From positions 16,908-80,907 of the forward strand of contig JBFLWF010000010.1 in NCBI GenBank assembly GCA_040758355.1: DNA of 64,000 nt, in the 5' to 3' direction. The DNA comes from Nitrospirota bacterium (lineage in GTDB: Bacteria > Nitrospirota > Thermodesulfovibrionia > Thermodesulfovibrionales > Dissulfurispiraceae). Positions within the stretch are counted from its first letter, which is position 1. Every line of letters begins with the position of its first letter. The notes below the pieces were generated by a model. That model worked only from the letters and a program-made list of their open reading frames with translations. It had not been told where the DNA came from and did not search any database. The position numbers and the translations under genes are program-made. Positions 39,162 to 49,158 of this stretch are shown one piece after another.

Positions 39162-40397
39162 TCAGTGTTTGTGTCCGCCGAGGGGCGCTACATTTTTCAG
39201 TTTTGCCTCGGAGTCTATGAGGAACGTGGCTGATGAAGCGACCTTCTCGCCTGCCTTCAACCCCATTATTACCTCCCTCAATCCTTCGGCTCTCAATCCG
39301 AGCATTACCTCTCTCGGTTCGAAATACCCTTCTCCTCTGTCAACATAGACTATCTGCCGCGTGCCGGTGTCTATTATCGCATCTTCCGGAATGGCAAGTT
39401 TGTTGCCGATGTTAATCTTTATCTCCACGTTGGTGAACATCTGGGGCTTAAGCTGTCCGCCTGGGTTTGGGATGGTAAACCTTATATTTGCCGTTCTCGT
39501 TTCACCCGCAAGCGAGGGATAGATATAATCTATCGCTGATGAAAATTCCTTGCCCGGGAAATAACTAAGGCTGATGTTCGCCTTTTGTCCGGTCTTTATC
39601 AGAGGCAATTCGTATTCATAAATATCCGAAACTACCCATACCGCAGACAGGTCTGCCACATCGAAGAGTTTTTCTCCGGGCATGATACGCATGCCCTGCA
39701 ATGCCGTCTTTTGCACGATGTAGCCGTTTACAGGACTGTAGACGGTAAGTGTCCTTATAGGTTTTCCGGTCTCTTCGATTTTTTTAATCTGGTCATCCGT
39801 TATATCCCAGAGCCTTAACCGTTGTTTTGCGGCTTCAACTATAGCCTCTGCATCCTTTGAGAGGAGGTTGCCTATGCGCTCATTCTTTATTTCCTTGCCC
39901 TGTTTTGTCCATTTAACGACATTCAGATATTCCTGCTGCGTTGCGAAAAGCTCAGGACTATAAATATCCGCGAGAGGCTCTCCTTTTTTGACATATCTTC
40001 CCGTATAATCCACGTAGAGCTTTTCTATCCATCCTTCGAATTTCGTATTGACGGTAAACAACCTGCGCTCGTCGTATTCGATGCGTCCGACTGTCCTGAT
40101 GATCTTCTGGAGGGGTTTTACGGACACCTCGACTGTTTTTACTCCTATCAACTGCTGCTTGTCCGGAGGTATTTCTACTGTGGGAGGCTCTTCAGGCGTT
40201 TGTTCCTGTGCTGTTGTTTGCTGCTGAGATATGTTTTCTCCGGTATGGACTTGATGTTCCGAAGACTGTGCTTTTGCGGATTCCGCACTTTTGGTTTTAA
40301 AAATAGTGCTCAGAGATATTGCCTTCGAAAAATAAAATAAAATACCGGCAATTAAAATTAATCCCGCTGCGATTATTAATAATTTTCTCTTTTTCAT
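39162..40397 (-). CDS. cusB: CusB-type membrane fusion protein
   Basis: GWIEKL, YSPELFATQQEY, FLIDSEA. Confidence 0.9.
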   Translation of the reverse strand: MKKRKLLIIAAGLILIAGILFYFSKAISLSTIFKTKSAESAKAQSSEHQVHTGENISQQQTTAQEQTPEEPPTVEIPPDKQQLIGVKTVEVSVKPLQKIIRTVGRIEYDERRLFTVNTKFEGWIEKLYVDYTGRYVKKGEPLADIYSPELFATQQEYLNVVKWTKQGKEIKNERIGNLLSKDAEAIVEAAKQRLRLWDITDDQIKKIEETGKPIRTLTVYSPVNGYIVQKTALQGMRIMPGEKLFDVADLSAVWVVSDIYEYELPLIKTGQKANISLSYFPGKEFSSAIDYIYPSLAGETRTANIRFTIPNPGGQLKPQMFTNVEIKINIGNKLAIPEDAIIDTGTRQIVYVDRGEGYFEPREVMLGLRAEGLREVIMGLKAGEKVASSATFLIDSEAKLKNVAPLGGHKH

Positions 40398-41722
40398 TTC
40401 CCCTCCTGACTGCTGACTGCTGTTATCGCCTCAACCCTTGCTATTGCCTTTTCCCTTTCGACGAACTGATTCCAATAGAGGGTCTCAAGCTCGATAAGGG
40501 ATTTCAGCCTCGATATAACTGTAATGGCCTCAACCCTTCCGGTGACATATCCTGAAAGGGCTGATTCAAAATCCTGATATGTCTTTGGGATTAATCCGTT
40601 TTTATATAATTCCATTAATTTTTCTGCTGTCCTGAGCATGGAGTAATTGTCCCTGATTGCCGAAGACAACATTATCTTGGTTGATTCAAGTTCATGCCTT
40701 GCCTCTGACAAGGATGCCCCTGCCTCATTGACTGCCTGTTTCTGTTTTGTCTTATAAAAGATCGGGATATTGATAGTAGTTGTAATACTCCACATATCGG
40801 GTACTTCTTTATTTCTTAAAAAATAGCTGCCGTTGATTGTAAAGTCAGGATAGTATTCCTTTTTGGCCATTTGAACCTTTGCCTCTGCCCCTGCAACCAT
40901 CTTCTCTTTGACCCTTATCTCAGGGGAATTTGCATATGCCGTATTAATTAACCCCTCCATGTTTTGCGTGAATGCGGTGTATGACAGTTCGGCAGGCCTG
41001 CCGAGGGGCGAGCTGACATCCCTGCCTATAGTGGTATTAAGCATCGCTTCTATGGATTGTATTTTCTGTCCGAGCATCTCCTCTTTCTCAAGGAGCATAT
41101 ACTTTTCTGTCTGGGCCATTAATACCTCTTGCTGTGAGGCCATACCTGCTGAATATCGTGAAAGTGCTGCATCCTCTATCCTTGAAAAGAGATTGGTTCT
41201 GTCTTTGATAAGGTCAATATTCTTATATGCAAGAAACAGCTCATAATAAAACTCCTTGACACGTGCTGTGGTCCTTAACCGGATGACTTCGGAGAATGCC
41301 TTTTGGCTTTCAGCATCCCATGAAGCCATTTCGCCTTTCAGAGATAATTTCCCCGGGAAAGGGAATGTTTGAGAAGCTGAGAACATCCACTGAGAATCCG
41401 GGGAGTCAGAGAAGTTATAGAGCTTCCTGAAACCTTCATTCTGATAGCCGAACATGAGCATTGGGTCGGGAAGGCTCTTTGCCTGCGGTATTCTGAATTT
41501 CGAGGCATTTATTTTTGCTTCGGCAACAAGGATTTCATGATTGTTTTTCAATGCCTCGTCGATTAGGCTCTGAAGATTTAATTCCTCGGCAAAGGCAAAT
41601 GAAGCTGACAGCTGACAGCCGACAGCTATCAGCAAAAGACAAATCGTACTAATACGTTTTATCTTTCTACTGATAGCTGAACGCTGATTGCTTAAAGCTG
41701 CCTTTTTACCTTGCATCCACAT
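40394..41722 (-). CDS. TolC/CusC-type outer membrane efflux protein
   Basis: SLPDP, QTFPFPGKL, YYPDF; position upstream of cusBA. Confidence 0.88.
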   Translation of the reverse strand: MWMQGKKAALSNQRSAISRKIKRISTICLLLIAVGCQLSASFAFAEELNLQSLIDEALKNNHEILVAEAKINASKFRIPQAKSLPDPMLMFGYQNEGFRKLYNFSDSPDSQWMFSASQTFPFPGKLSLKGEMASWDAESQKAFSEVIRLRTTARVKEFYYELFLAYKNIDLIKDRTNLFSRIEDAALSRYSAGMASQQEVLMAQTEKYMLLEKEEMLGQKIQSIEAMLNTTIGRDVSSPLGRPAELSYTAFTQNMEGLINTAYANSPEIRVKEKMVAGAEAKVQMAKKEYYPDFTINGSYFLRNKEVPDMWSITTTINIPIFYKTKQKQAVNEAGASLSEARHELESTKIMLSSAIRDNYSMLRTAEKLMELYKNGLIPKTYQDFESALSGYVTGRVEAITVISRLKSLIELETLYWNQFVEREKAIARVEAITAVSSQEGK

Positions 41723-42101
41723 TGAATTTCACTGTTGTTGTCTTGCCGCCGCGTATGATTTTTACGGCAATATTCCATGCACCAGACATGGAGAGATTCA
41801 TCTTCGCCTTGTACTCGTTGCCTTTCAATTCTGCGTCGGTTTTGTAATTCATCGCAGGCATTCCGGGCATTGCCGGCATGGAGTATTCGACCTTTACCTT
41901 TGCATCAGTGACATATTTGCCGGCAGCATCTTTGACTTCTATCTCGATATTGTTATCACCAACAACAGGCGGGTTTTTGTCGATTTTTACCTCAACATCA
42001 TACTCTCCTGCTTTTTTCTTTACCTCATAATCCTTTGCATAGGCGATTCCTGCGATGAGAAGCAGGATCAGAGTAAACACTACTAACTTTTTCATGTTCA
42101 T
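41706..42101 (-). CDS. Exported YtkA/FixH-like Met-rich protein
   Basis: Signal peptide, PPVVGDN, YSMPAMPGMPAM, MSGAW. Confidence 0.8.
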   Translation of the reverse strand: MNMKKLVVFTLILLLIAGIAYAKDYEVKKKAGEYDVEVKIDKNPPVVGDNNIEIEVKDAAGKYVTDAKVKVEYSMPAMPGMPAMNYKTDAELKGNEYKAKMNLSMSGAWNIAVKIIRGGKTTTVKFNVDAR

Positions 42102-42162
42102 ATCTTACCTCCTTACAGGTTAAATTTGAAGACCCATTGTTTATTTTTGCCGTGGCACATAT

Positions 42163-42888
42163 TCAGATGCCTTCTGCATTATATTTGCCTTTAGGCAGAT
42201 TCTGTTTTATTGCATCAGGGAAGACAAAGATAACGCCATCTTCAAGTTTTTGCTTTTTTATCTTCATTCTCAATTCCCAATTACCGCCTCTTTGGAAATC
42301 AAGATTCTTTATTGTGTACAGGCCGCCTTTTTGTTCGGTAACGGAGAGCGCAACGACACCACCATGGTCTGGAGGAGATGCTCCGTGTATCAGCAGATCA
42401 ACATGTATCTTTGCGCCTTCCACATCTTCATCATGCGAGCCGTGTATGACAATCCCAACATCATTCTTGCCGATTTTGAATTCTTTGCCGTCCAGCAGCA
42501 TTTCTACGCTGAATAAGCCTTTGTCCGTGATTTTAAAAAGGCTGTTATCGCGATGCTTTGTGAATTTGGGCTTTTCGGCTTCCATGCTGCGTCCATCCGA
42601 ATGAGTATAAACGGTGCCGATATATTTCTCCGGGTCCTTTTTGAATTCTTCAAGGCACATCAGGCAGCATAAGCTGTAGATTTTACCTTTATATTCGTAT
42701 TTATATGTTTGCGCCGTTTTCTCATCGATTTTATCACCGCTTACCGGGCACATTTTTACATGTTCATGAGGGGTTGCCTGCCCGGACATTCCATTTTTCT
42801 TATTGTGGTCATGATCTTTATGTCCCTCGGCATAAACTCCTGATAGCAATAAAAGGATCGGCACAATTATTACAATAAATTTTTTCAT
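42163..42888 (-). CDS. Exported YHS-domain plus YtkA-like protein
   Basis: CPVSG...YKGKIYSLCCLMCLEEFKKDPEKY; His-rich N-terminus. Confidence 0.8.
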   Translation of the reverse strand: MKKFIVIIVPILLLLSGVYAEGHKDHDHNKKNGMSGQATPHEHVKMCPVSGDKIDEKTAQTYKYEYKGKIYSLCCLMCLEEFKKDPEKYIGTVYTHSDGRSMEAEKPKFTKHRDNSLFKITDKGLFSVEMLLDGKEFKIGKNDVGIVIHGSHDEDVEGAKIHVDLLIHGASPPDHGGVVALSVTEQKGGLYTIKNLDFQRGGNWELRMKIKKQKLEDGVIFVFPDAIKQNLPKGKYNAEGI

Positions 42889-42896
42889 AATTCCCC

Positions 42897-43295
42897 CTAC
42901 CGCTTAAACTCTTTTTCAACAGTATCCCGTATCTTTTTTACGGGATAGCCTTTTTTGTAAAGCTCGAAGGCCCGCAGGGCCTCCCCGAGACAGATGTCTC
43001 ACATTGCAGCATGGTTGTCAACATAGCAACTGAGGAGGCTCTTGTGCTTAAACACCGGGGACTCCTCGCACATGCAATAGCAGTATATGCTGTCCAAAAC
43101 CCATGGGATTTCTTTTGCCACCTGATATGCTTTTTTAATGCGAGGGTCGCTGAACATATCTGGATTAAGGGTTGCCCTTGTCTCACCTCTCCTCAGGGAT
43201 TCATCCTTCATCGGCTTTTGTGCGAATGTGTCGTTTGCCGCTGCGAATAGAATTGTTACTATAATCAGCACTAAGAATGCAGAAAACTTTTTCAT
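42897..43295 (-). CDS. PCYCGC/CYCxC-family exported protein, probable selenoprotein (TGA at 43001-42999)
   Basis: IYCYCMC...HKSLLSCY..HAAM-U-DICLGEA...IRDTVEKEFKR; read-through gives 132 aa ending at the RBS of the next gene; SECIS-like hairpin. Confidence 0.8.
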
Positions 43296-43376
43296 TCACT
43301 TACCTCCTGTCTTTTTATTTGCAGTATGTTACGCAAATATTTTGAATAAATTATGAATAACTGCACCCAAAAAAAG

Positions 43377-43402
43377 AGGCAGCCTTGGGGGAAAGGCTGC
43401 CT
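43377..43402 (-). terminator. Hairpin terminator downstream of 43430-43744
   Basis: AGGCAGCCTT-loop-AAGGCTGCCT with a T tract on the minus strand. Confidence 0.7.
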
Positions 43403-43429
43403 GAAGGAGGGGTATGAGTAAAAGGCCTG

Positions 43430-43744
43430 TTAATATATAGACCTGATTCTGCCTGTCCTGCAGTCGAGCAGTATTTTGTCAACGAGTTCTCCGTCTTTAT
43501 AAACCTCTGCCTCTGCAAATCTCCCGTCCTGCTTTATCAAAACTACCCTTAGCCCCTTTTTCGAATAGTAAGATTTCAGGGCATCTGTTATCTCTTTTTG
43601 CGTAGGCTGTTTGGTGCAGTATCCGTAATCTCCACACAAAGGGCAATAAGCGCCGTATGGGGTAATTTCATCTCCTGAGCTTTTGGAGTAGGTTCCTGAA
43701 AATAAAGATGCAAACAATATAAATATGAAAACAAGCTTTATCAT
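43430..43744 (-). CDS. Small exported protein with CPLC..C motif (PepSY-like C-terminus)
   Basis: Signal peptide; DKILLDCRTGRIRSIY. Confidence 0.7.
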   Translation of the reverse strand: MIKLVFIFILFASLFSGTYSKSSGDEITPYGAYCPLCGDYGYCTKQPTQKEITDALKSYYSKKGLRVVLIKQDGRFAEAEVYKDGELVDKILLDCRTGRIRSIY

Positions 43745-43784
43745 TGATTTAAGATAACAAGCGATATTGAAGGAATTATGAAGA

Positions 43785-44552
43785 TTAAATCCTCATATCT
43801 TTGAGGAATGGGAATCTTGAACGGATTTCTATAGCCTCTGATGGATTTATTTCTCCTAACAGGAACTCCTCTTTATCATTACCGCAGATGATGTCATTTC
43901 CTGATGGATCAAAAATATGTGATGCCCCTGAATAATGAATGCCGTTGCCGTCTGTTCCTGTACGATTAACGCCGATTACAAAGCATTGATTCTCGATTGC
44001 CCTGGCCTTCAGCAATATCTCCCAGTGCTCTTTCCGAGAAGCAGGCCAGTTGGCAATAACAAAGATCGCCTGCACATTCTTTGCTACTTTTCTGAATACC
44101 TCCGGAAATCTCAGATCGTAACAGATGAAGATACTGGAGGGTATTCCGTCTATGTCAAAGATGACCGTATCGCTGCCTGCAATATAATATTTATCTTCAC
44201 CGGAGAAGGAGAACGGATGGATTTTTTTGTAAGCGGCAATGCGAATGCCTCTTCTGTCATAGACAACCGCTATATTCCTGCCCTTTTCTTCATCTTGCTC
44301 CTTTACAGGGAAACCCGCAATCAGATATATGCTGTATTTTTTTGCTATTTCTGACAGCACCGAATTGGTCTCTCCATTGTCATCTTCTGCAATGGCAGGG
44401 ACATTCATGGAAAAGCCGGTATTGAACATCTCGGGGAAGACGATGACATCGCATTTTTCCTCTGCTGCTTTTTTTGCAAAGGACTCTGCCTTTTCGTAGT
44501 TTGTCTTCTTCGATTCCCATTCAATATTTAATTGTATTAAGGCGATTTTCAT
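43785..44552 (-). CDS. Carbon-nitrogen hydrolase (nitrilase family)
   Basis: FPEMF, YKKIH, ICYDLRFPE, ARAIENQ. Confidence 0.93.
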   Translation of the reverse strand: MKIALIQLNIEWESKKTNYEKAESFAKKAAEEKCDVIVFPEMFNTGFSMNVPAIAEDDNGETNSVLSEIAKKYSIYLIAGFPVKEQDEEKGRNIAVVYDRRGIRIAAYKKIHPFSFSGEDKYYIAGSDTVIFDIDGIPSSIFICYDLRFPEVFRKVAKNVQAIFVIANWPASRKEHWEILLKARAIENQCFVIGVNRTGTDGNGIHYSGASHIFDPSGNDIICGNDKEEFLLGEINPSEAIEIRSRFPFLKDMRI

Positions 44553-44555
44553 TCG

Positions 44556-45905
44556 TTAAGCACCTCTTGGGAGATAGATTCTGAATGTAGTTCCTTCATT
44601 CACCTTGCTTTCCACCTCAATCTTTCCGCCCATAACATTTACCAGTTCTTTTACGATGGCGAGTCCAAGTCCTAATCCAGCGGTTCTTGATCCTTCAATC
44701 CTGTAAAAACGGTCGAATATGTGCGGCATTTCGTTTTCCGGTATGCCTCTTCCAGAATCCCTTATTTCTATGTAAAAATCGCTTTCTTCTGTCCCGTAAT
44801 CAATCCAGACACCGCCCTTTTCTGTAAATTTTAAAGAATTTGATATGATATTTCTTATTATCTTTTCCAATTTTTCTATATCGGTAACAACCATTAAGTC
44901 ATCCTCTTTTGCGATAGTTATATCGAGGCGCTTTTCTTTAAATGCCGGCCTCAGTTCTTCGGATAGTTCTGATATGAATTCCTTGAGATTGACTTCTGCC
45001 ACCTCCCCCTTTGTGAAGAAACTCGTCTCGGCAGTTGTGATATCCTCTATGCCCTTTATGAGTCTAATCAGACGGTTAATCTCGCCTTTTATATTTTCCA
45101 AACCTTTCCCTGATTCGATTACTCCATCTTCTATTGCTTCTATATGAGATTTCGTTATTGTCAGCGGCGTCCTCAGTTCGTGCGCAATATTGGACATAAG
45201 ACGTTTTCGCAATTCCTCCTCTTTTCGGAGTGATTCTGCCATAATGTTGAAGCTCTCGGATAACCTCCCGACTTCGTCGCCGGTTTTCGGTGTTATTGTC
45301 ACATTGAAATCACCTTTTGCAATACTCTCTGCTGCTGTCTTGAGATCGGTCAAGGGTTTTGACAGATATCGGCTGAAGAATAGGGCTATTACCAGCGAGC
45401 CTCCGCCTGCTATAAGAAATGAGACGAGGATGAAGTTTCTCGACCTCATTCTAAATACGGCTTCCTTCTCTTTTATCACATCCTTCTCAAATGGCCTCGA
45501 CAGTAGCTTGCCGATGTTTTTGCCTTCGATGTAAAGAGGGTATTCTTCGTATTTGCCTTCTGTCATGTGCATGTGAAAGAGTGCTTTCATTCTGCGTTTC
45601 ATGGTATCCGAAAGGGAGTCCATAACTTCCATGGATGATATAACTTCATGTCCGTCAGCATTAAGGACTTTTATATCGAGACCCAGCATCATTGCCCAGT
45701 GTATTGATTCTGACAATGCCTTTGTATCCCATTTCCCATCAGAGTAACTGCCTTCAACCGAAGCCAGTATCCAGTAGAACTGGTCTTCTTTCACGCCGTT
45801 CACGTAGTTGTCGAAATCTTTTATTATCAGCCATTCGAAGATAAAATTGGAAAGAAGTGCTGCAAGGATTACAATTATGAACGCAAGAAATATTTTTGTC
45901 TTCAT
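44556..45905 (-). CDS. BaeS-like HAMP sensor histidine kinase
   Basis: AHELRTPL, NSLKFT, GLGLGL. Confidence 0.92.
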   Translation of the reverse strand: MKTKIFLAFIIVILAALLSNFIFEWLIIKDFDNYVNGVKEDQFYWILASVEGSYSDGKWDTKALSESIHWAMMLGLDIKVLNADGHEVISSMEVMDSLSDTMKRRMKALFHMHMTEGKYEEYPLYIEGKNIGKLLSRPFEKDVIKEKEAVFRMRSRNFILVSFLIAGGGSLVIALFFSRYLSKPLTDLKTAAESIAKGDFNVTITPKTGDEVGRLSESFNIMAESLRKEEELRKRLMSNIAHELRTPLTITKSHIEAIEDGVIESGKGLENIKGEINRLIRLIKGIEDITTAETSFFTKGEVAEVNLKEFISELSEELRPAFKEKRLDITIAKEDDLMVVTDIEKLEKIIRNIISNSLKFTEKGGVWIDYGTEESDFYIEIRDSGRGIPENEMPHIFDRFYRIEGSRTAGLGLGLAIVKELVNVMGGKIEVESKVNEGTTFRIYLPRGA

Positions 45906-46603
45906 TAATCCGGAATACCTATGAATTTGTAGCCCGTGCCGTATACTGTTTTTATAAACACAGGCCTCTGGGGATTGTCCTCTATTTTGTGGCGTATGTT
46001 CTTTATGTGTGCATCGATAACCCTGTCATACCCTTCAAAATCATATCCCTGAACCGCATTTACAATCTGAAGGCGTGTGAAAACAATCTGCGGCTTTTCT
46101 GCAAGGCAGAGGAGTATCTTAAACTCTGTGGATGTAAGGGGTATAATCTTTCCACCCTTTTTAACCTCCATGGAAGGAGTGTCTATGAGCAGAAGACTGT
46201 TGTTAAATGATAAGAGCTTTTTTTCGTTCTTCTTAGTTCTTCTTAGATGTGCCTTGACCCTTGCCACAAGCTCCCTCGGGCTGAATGGCTTTATGACATA
46301 ATCATCGGCGCCAATGCCGAGCCCTTTTATCCTGTCATCCTCGGAGCTTTTAGCAGTGAGCATAATTATTGGTACGTCAGAGAACTCCCTTATGGAACTG
46401 CATATGGTTTCACCGTCAATGTCCGGAAGCATCAGGTCAAGGATTATGAGGTCAAAATTATTTTTAATCTGTTGAAGGGCATCCTGTCCTGTATTTGCTA
46501 TGGTTACCTTAAAGCCATCCCTCTCAAGATATGACCCGACAATGTCAGAGATCTTTTTTTCGTCTTCTACTATAAGAATCTTTTCGCTTGTCAATTTATT
46601 CAT
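45905..46603 (-). CDS. OmpR-family response regulator
   Basis: Receiver plus IDAHIKNIRHKIE, YGTGYKF. Confidence 0.93.
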   Translation of the reverse strand: MNKLTSEKILIVEDEKKISDIVGSYLERDGFKVTIANTGQDALQQIKNNFDLIILDLMLPDIDGETICSSIREFSDVPIIMLTAKSSEDDRIKGLGIGADDYVIKPFSPRELVARVKAHLRRTKKNEKKLLSFNNSLLLIDTPSMEVKKGGKIIPLTSTEFKILLCLAEKPQIVFTRLQIVNAVQGYDFEGYDRVIDAHIKNIRHKIEDNPQRPVFIKTVYGTGYKFIGIPD

Positions 46604-47600
46604 TGGCAGGTACTCTTACGCCCCTCAGAAATTCGGCGCTCATTTCCGGTATGAGCGGATTGATATACATGCCCGAGCCGAGTTCAAATCCAGATGCCAT
46701 TGCAACCCTCGGAACTATGCTGATATACCAGTGTATAAATTCAGAGGACGAATTGCCCGGCTTTCCAGACCTTACTACATAGTTAAAATCCGGATGCTCC
46801 AGGCCGTAATAAAGTTTTGACATCGTTTTTTTGAGGTTTATTGCAAGGTCCCACATCTCCTCCGGTCTTATGTCAGAGAATGAGCCCGAATGCCTTTTCG
46901 GAAATATCCATATATGAAATGCGGAGAGGGCTGCATAAGGGACAAAGGATACAAAGTGTTCTGTGTTGCAGAGTATCCTGCTTCCATCGTTTATCTCGTC
47001 ATTTAATGTATTGCATAAAAGACACTCTCCGGTGTCATCGAAATATCTCATAGAGTTCTCGATCCTGCCCCTTATCTGGAGAGGCGTTACAGGAACCCCG
47101 ACTATCTGGGAGTGGGGATGTTCTATAGTGGTGCCTGATGCAGGGCCGTTGTTCTTGAATATAATTACATGCTCTATCCTGCAGTCATTGTATATCTCGA
47201 CGAAGCGGTCTTTGTATGTCTGCATAACCTCTTTCAGTTGCTCGACAGGCATGGTTGCTGTAGTGAGATTATGAGCAGGCGACTCTATAATGATCTCATG
47301 GAGACCAACACCGTTGACGTTCTTTTTCAATCCGACGTTTATTCTTTGTCTTTCGCCTTCTTTTGAAAGTACAGCGAATTTATTCGGCACGACCCTTATC
47401 TTCCATCCCTTTTCGTCGCTGATCCTGTATTGTTCATGCGGTGTTTTGGCCTCATTCCCGGGGCAGAAGGGACATGTCTCGACAAACTCCGGAAGTCTTT
47501 TGCGCTCCCTTGCGCCTATGAAATCTTCTGGCCTTTTTCCTTTTTCTCTGGCAATGATAACCCATTCCCGTGTTATCAGGTTCAGTCTAAGCTCAGGCAT
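46596..47600 (-). CDS. galT: Galactose-1-phosphate uridylyltransferase family protein
   Basis: CPFCPGNE, NKFA, HPHSQ, GFELGSG. Confidence 0.9.
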   Translation of the reverse strand: MPELRLNLITREWVIIAREKGKRPEDFIGARERKRLPEFVETCPFCPGNEAKTPHEQYRISDEKGWKIRVVPNKFAVLSKEGERQRINVGLKKNVNGVGLHEIIIESPAHNLTTATMPVEQLKEVMQTYKDRFVEIYNDCRIEHVIIFKNNGPASGTTIEHPHSQIVGVPVTPLQIRGRIENSMRYFDDTGECLLCNTLNDEINDGSRILCNTEHFVSFVPYAALSAFHIWIFPKRHSGSFSDIRPEEMWDLAINLKKTMSKLYYGLEHPDFNYVVRSGKPGNSSSEFIHWYISIVPRVAMASGFELGSGMYINPLIPEMSAEFLRGVRVPANE

Positions 47601-47688
47601 AGCTTACCCCCCTCTCGGCTTTTATCTAATATTATCACATCTTGCATGAATCCGTAATGACCATAATCCGTAAAAAAAACATTTACAG

Positions 47689-47856
47689 AAGAAAAGCAGG
47701 CATGGCTGAAAAGCATTTATCAGCGATACCTTAGAGCCGACCCCTCCCGCTGTTTAAGGGCAACTTCAGTATCACCTTTTGCATTAAGCAGATAAACAGG
47801 CAGCAAAATAATCTCATCGCATTGATAAAGGCTTTGATGCCGTGCCTGCTTTTCTT
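47689..47856 (+). ncRNA. Candidate 168-nt rod-shaped RNA (6S-like architecture)
   Basis: Nested complementary blocks AAGAAAAGCAGGCATGGC/GCCGTGCCTGCTTTTCTT, AAAGC/GCTTT, TTTATCA/TGATAAA, GCGAT/ATCGC, then a bubble, then TGTTTA/TAAACA. Confidence 0.5.
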
Positions 47857-47896
47857 GATTACTGATTATGGTAATGACATATCCTATCGTTATTCC

Positions 47897-48898
47897 TTAC
47901 GGATGGGCAAGGGTATGGATAAAAGGCATGAGGACCCTCAGTTCATCGAGAGAGACGGAAGAATGCCACGTGCCTGTTAGTTTTGCTATTAAAATAACTC
48001 CGAAGAATACCGCTATTACTGCCGAAATGAAAACTTCCGGTCTTAATGCCTTTCTGTTCGGAATGGCTGTATTTAGAGCATCTCTAACAGGACAATGGCT
48101 TACGCATGTGAGACATCCTGTGCATTCAGGCGAATGTATGGCCTCTTTTTTATCCACCGGTAAAAGGGAAGGGCAGTTCTTTGTGCATAACCCGCACTGA
48201 ATGCATTTAGTCTTATCCCTTCGTATCTTTGCCGGACTAATTGAACTTAATAGCCCGAGTAATCCTCCGTATGGACATAGATATCTGCACCAGAAGTTTT
48301 TATATAAAAGGGAAAGTCCGAATAGTACACCGAGGGTTATCTTTGTTGTGAGCGACATCTCCGTAAAGAATTTCAATAGCTTTATGTCGGAAACCTTCCA
48401 ATAAGGAGTATTTAAAAATTCTGCTATTTGTACAGGAGTCATTTTAATGATAATGACATAAAGGAAAAACGCCATAAGAATGTACTTTAAGGAGCGCAGA
48501 GGGTAATCTATGTATTTCATGATTGTAAAATTTTTTCCGAAGATTCTTTTGCCTATTTTCCATACTGCATCGGACAATGCTCCTACAGGGCATATCCAAC
48601 TGCAAAAGGATTTTTTCAGCAGAATTGCCAATAGTATTGCACCGATGAATATTACGAGTGCTGCGGGATGTATTGGGTCAAATATGCCTTCTGTAATCCA
48701 GAGTTTCAATGCCATCAATGCACCGATTGGCATAAACCCTTCAACTGATGGAGGGCGGTTGACAGCAGGCATCAGTCCATGCTCCAGCGCCTGCGTAAAG
48801 AGATAGAACTTATAGCCTGCGTATATAACGATGACAAAGATTGCCCACTGAATGGCGTATCTAATTTTCCTGATATACGAGCGATTAATTTTTTCCAT
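47897..48898 (-). CDS. Membrane 4Fe-4S protein (NapH/YccM-like)
   Basis: FCSWICPVG, WCRYLCPYG, two ferredoxin motifs; likely start ATG at 48898. Confidence 0.85.
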   Translation of the reverse strand: MEKINRSYIRKIRYAIQWAIFVIVIYAGYKFYLFTQALEHGLMPAVNRPPSVEGFMPIGALMALKLWITEGIFDPIHPAALVIFIGAILLAILLKKSFCSWICPVGALSDAVWKIGKRIFGKNFTIMKYIDYPLRSLKYILMAFFLYVIIIKMTPVQIAEFLNTPYWKVSDIKLLKFFTEMSLTTKITLGVLFGLSLLYKNFWCRYLCPYGGLLGLLSSISPAKIRRDKTKCIQCGLCTKNCPSLLPVDKKEAIHSPECTGCLTCVSHCPVRDALNTAIPNRKALRPEVFISAVIAVFFGVILIAKLTGTWHSSVSLDELRVLMPFIHTLAHP

Positions 48899-49158
48899 AG
48901 AGTTTATTCTACCCAATTTGAGCGATTTTGTAAGACAGGTGCTGCTACAAGACTTTAAAAAGTCCATCTTCAAGTGCAAATGAAAGATAATAAATGTATT
49001 ATCCTTCAAGTATCCAAAGTAGTAGATGACGGATACAAAATAAATGTTTATACAAGTGCGGAGTTTAAAGTCTTTCCGCAGCACCTATCTTACAAATCTG
49101 ATAAAAATCGCTTAATTTAAATTTTAATAAGACTGCATTTAATAGTGTATGATTTATA

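Noticed and set aside
42938..43186. 82-aa alternative-frame ORF overlapping the PCYCGC gene
   Set aside because: Sec read-through of the main frame explains the region better
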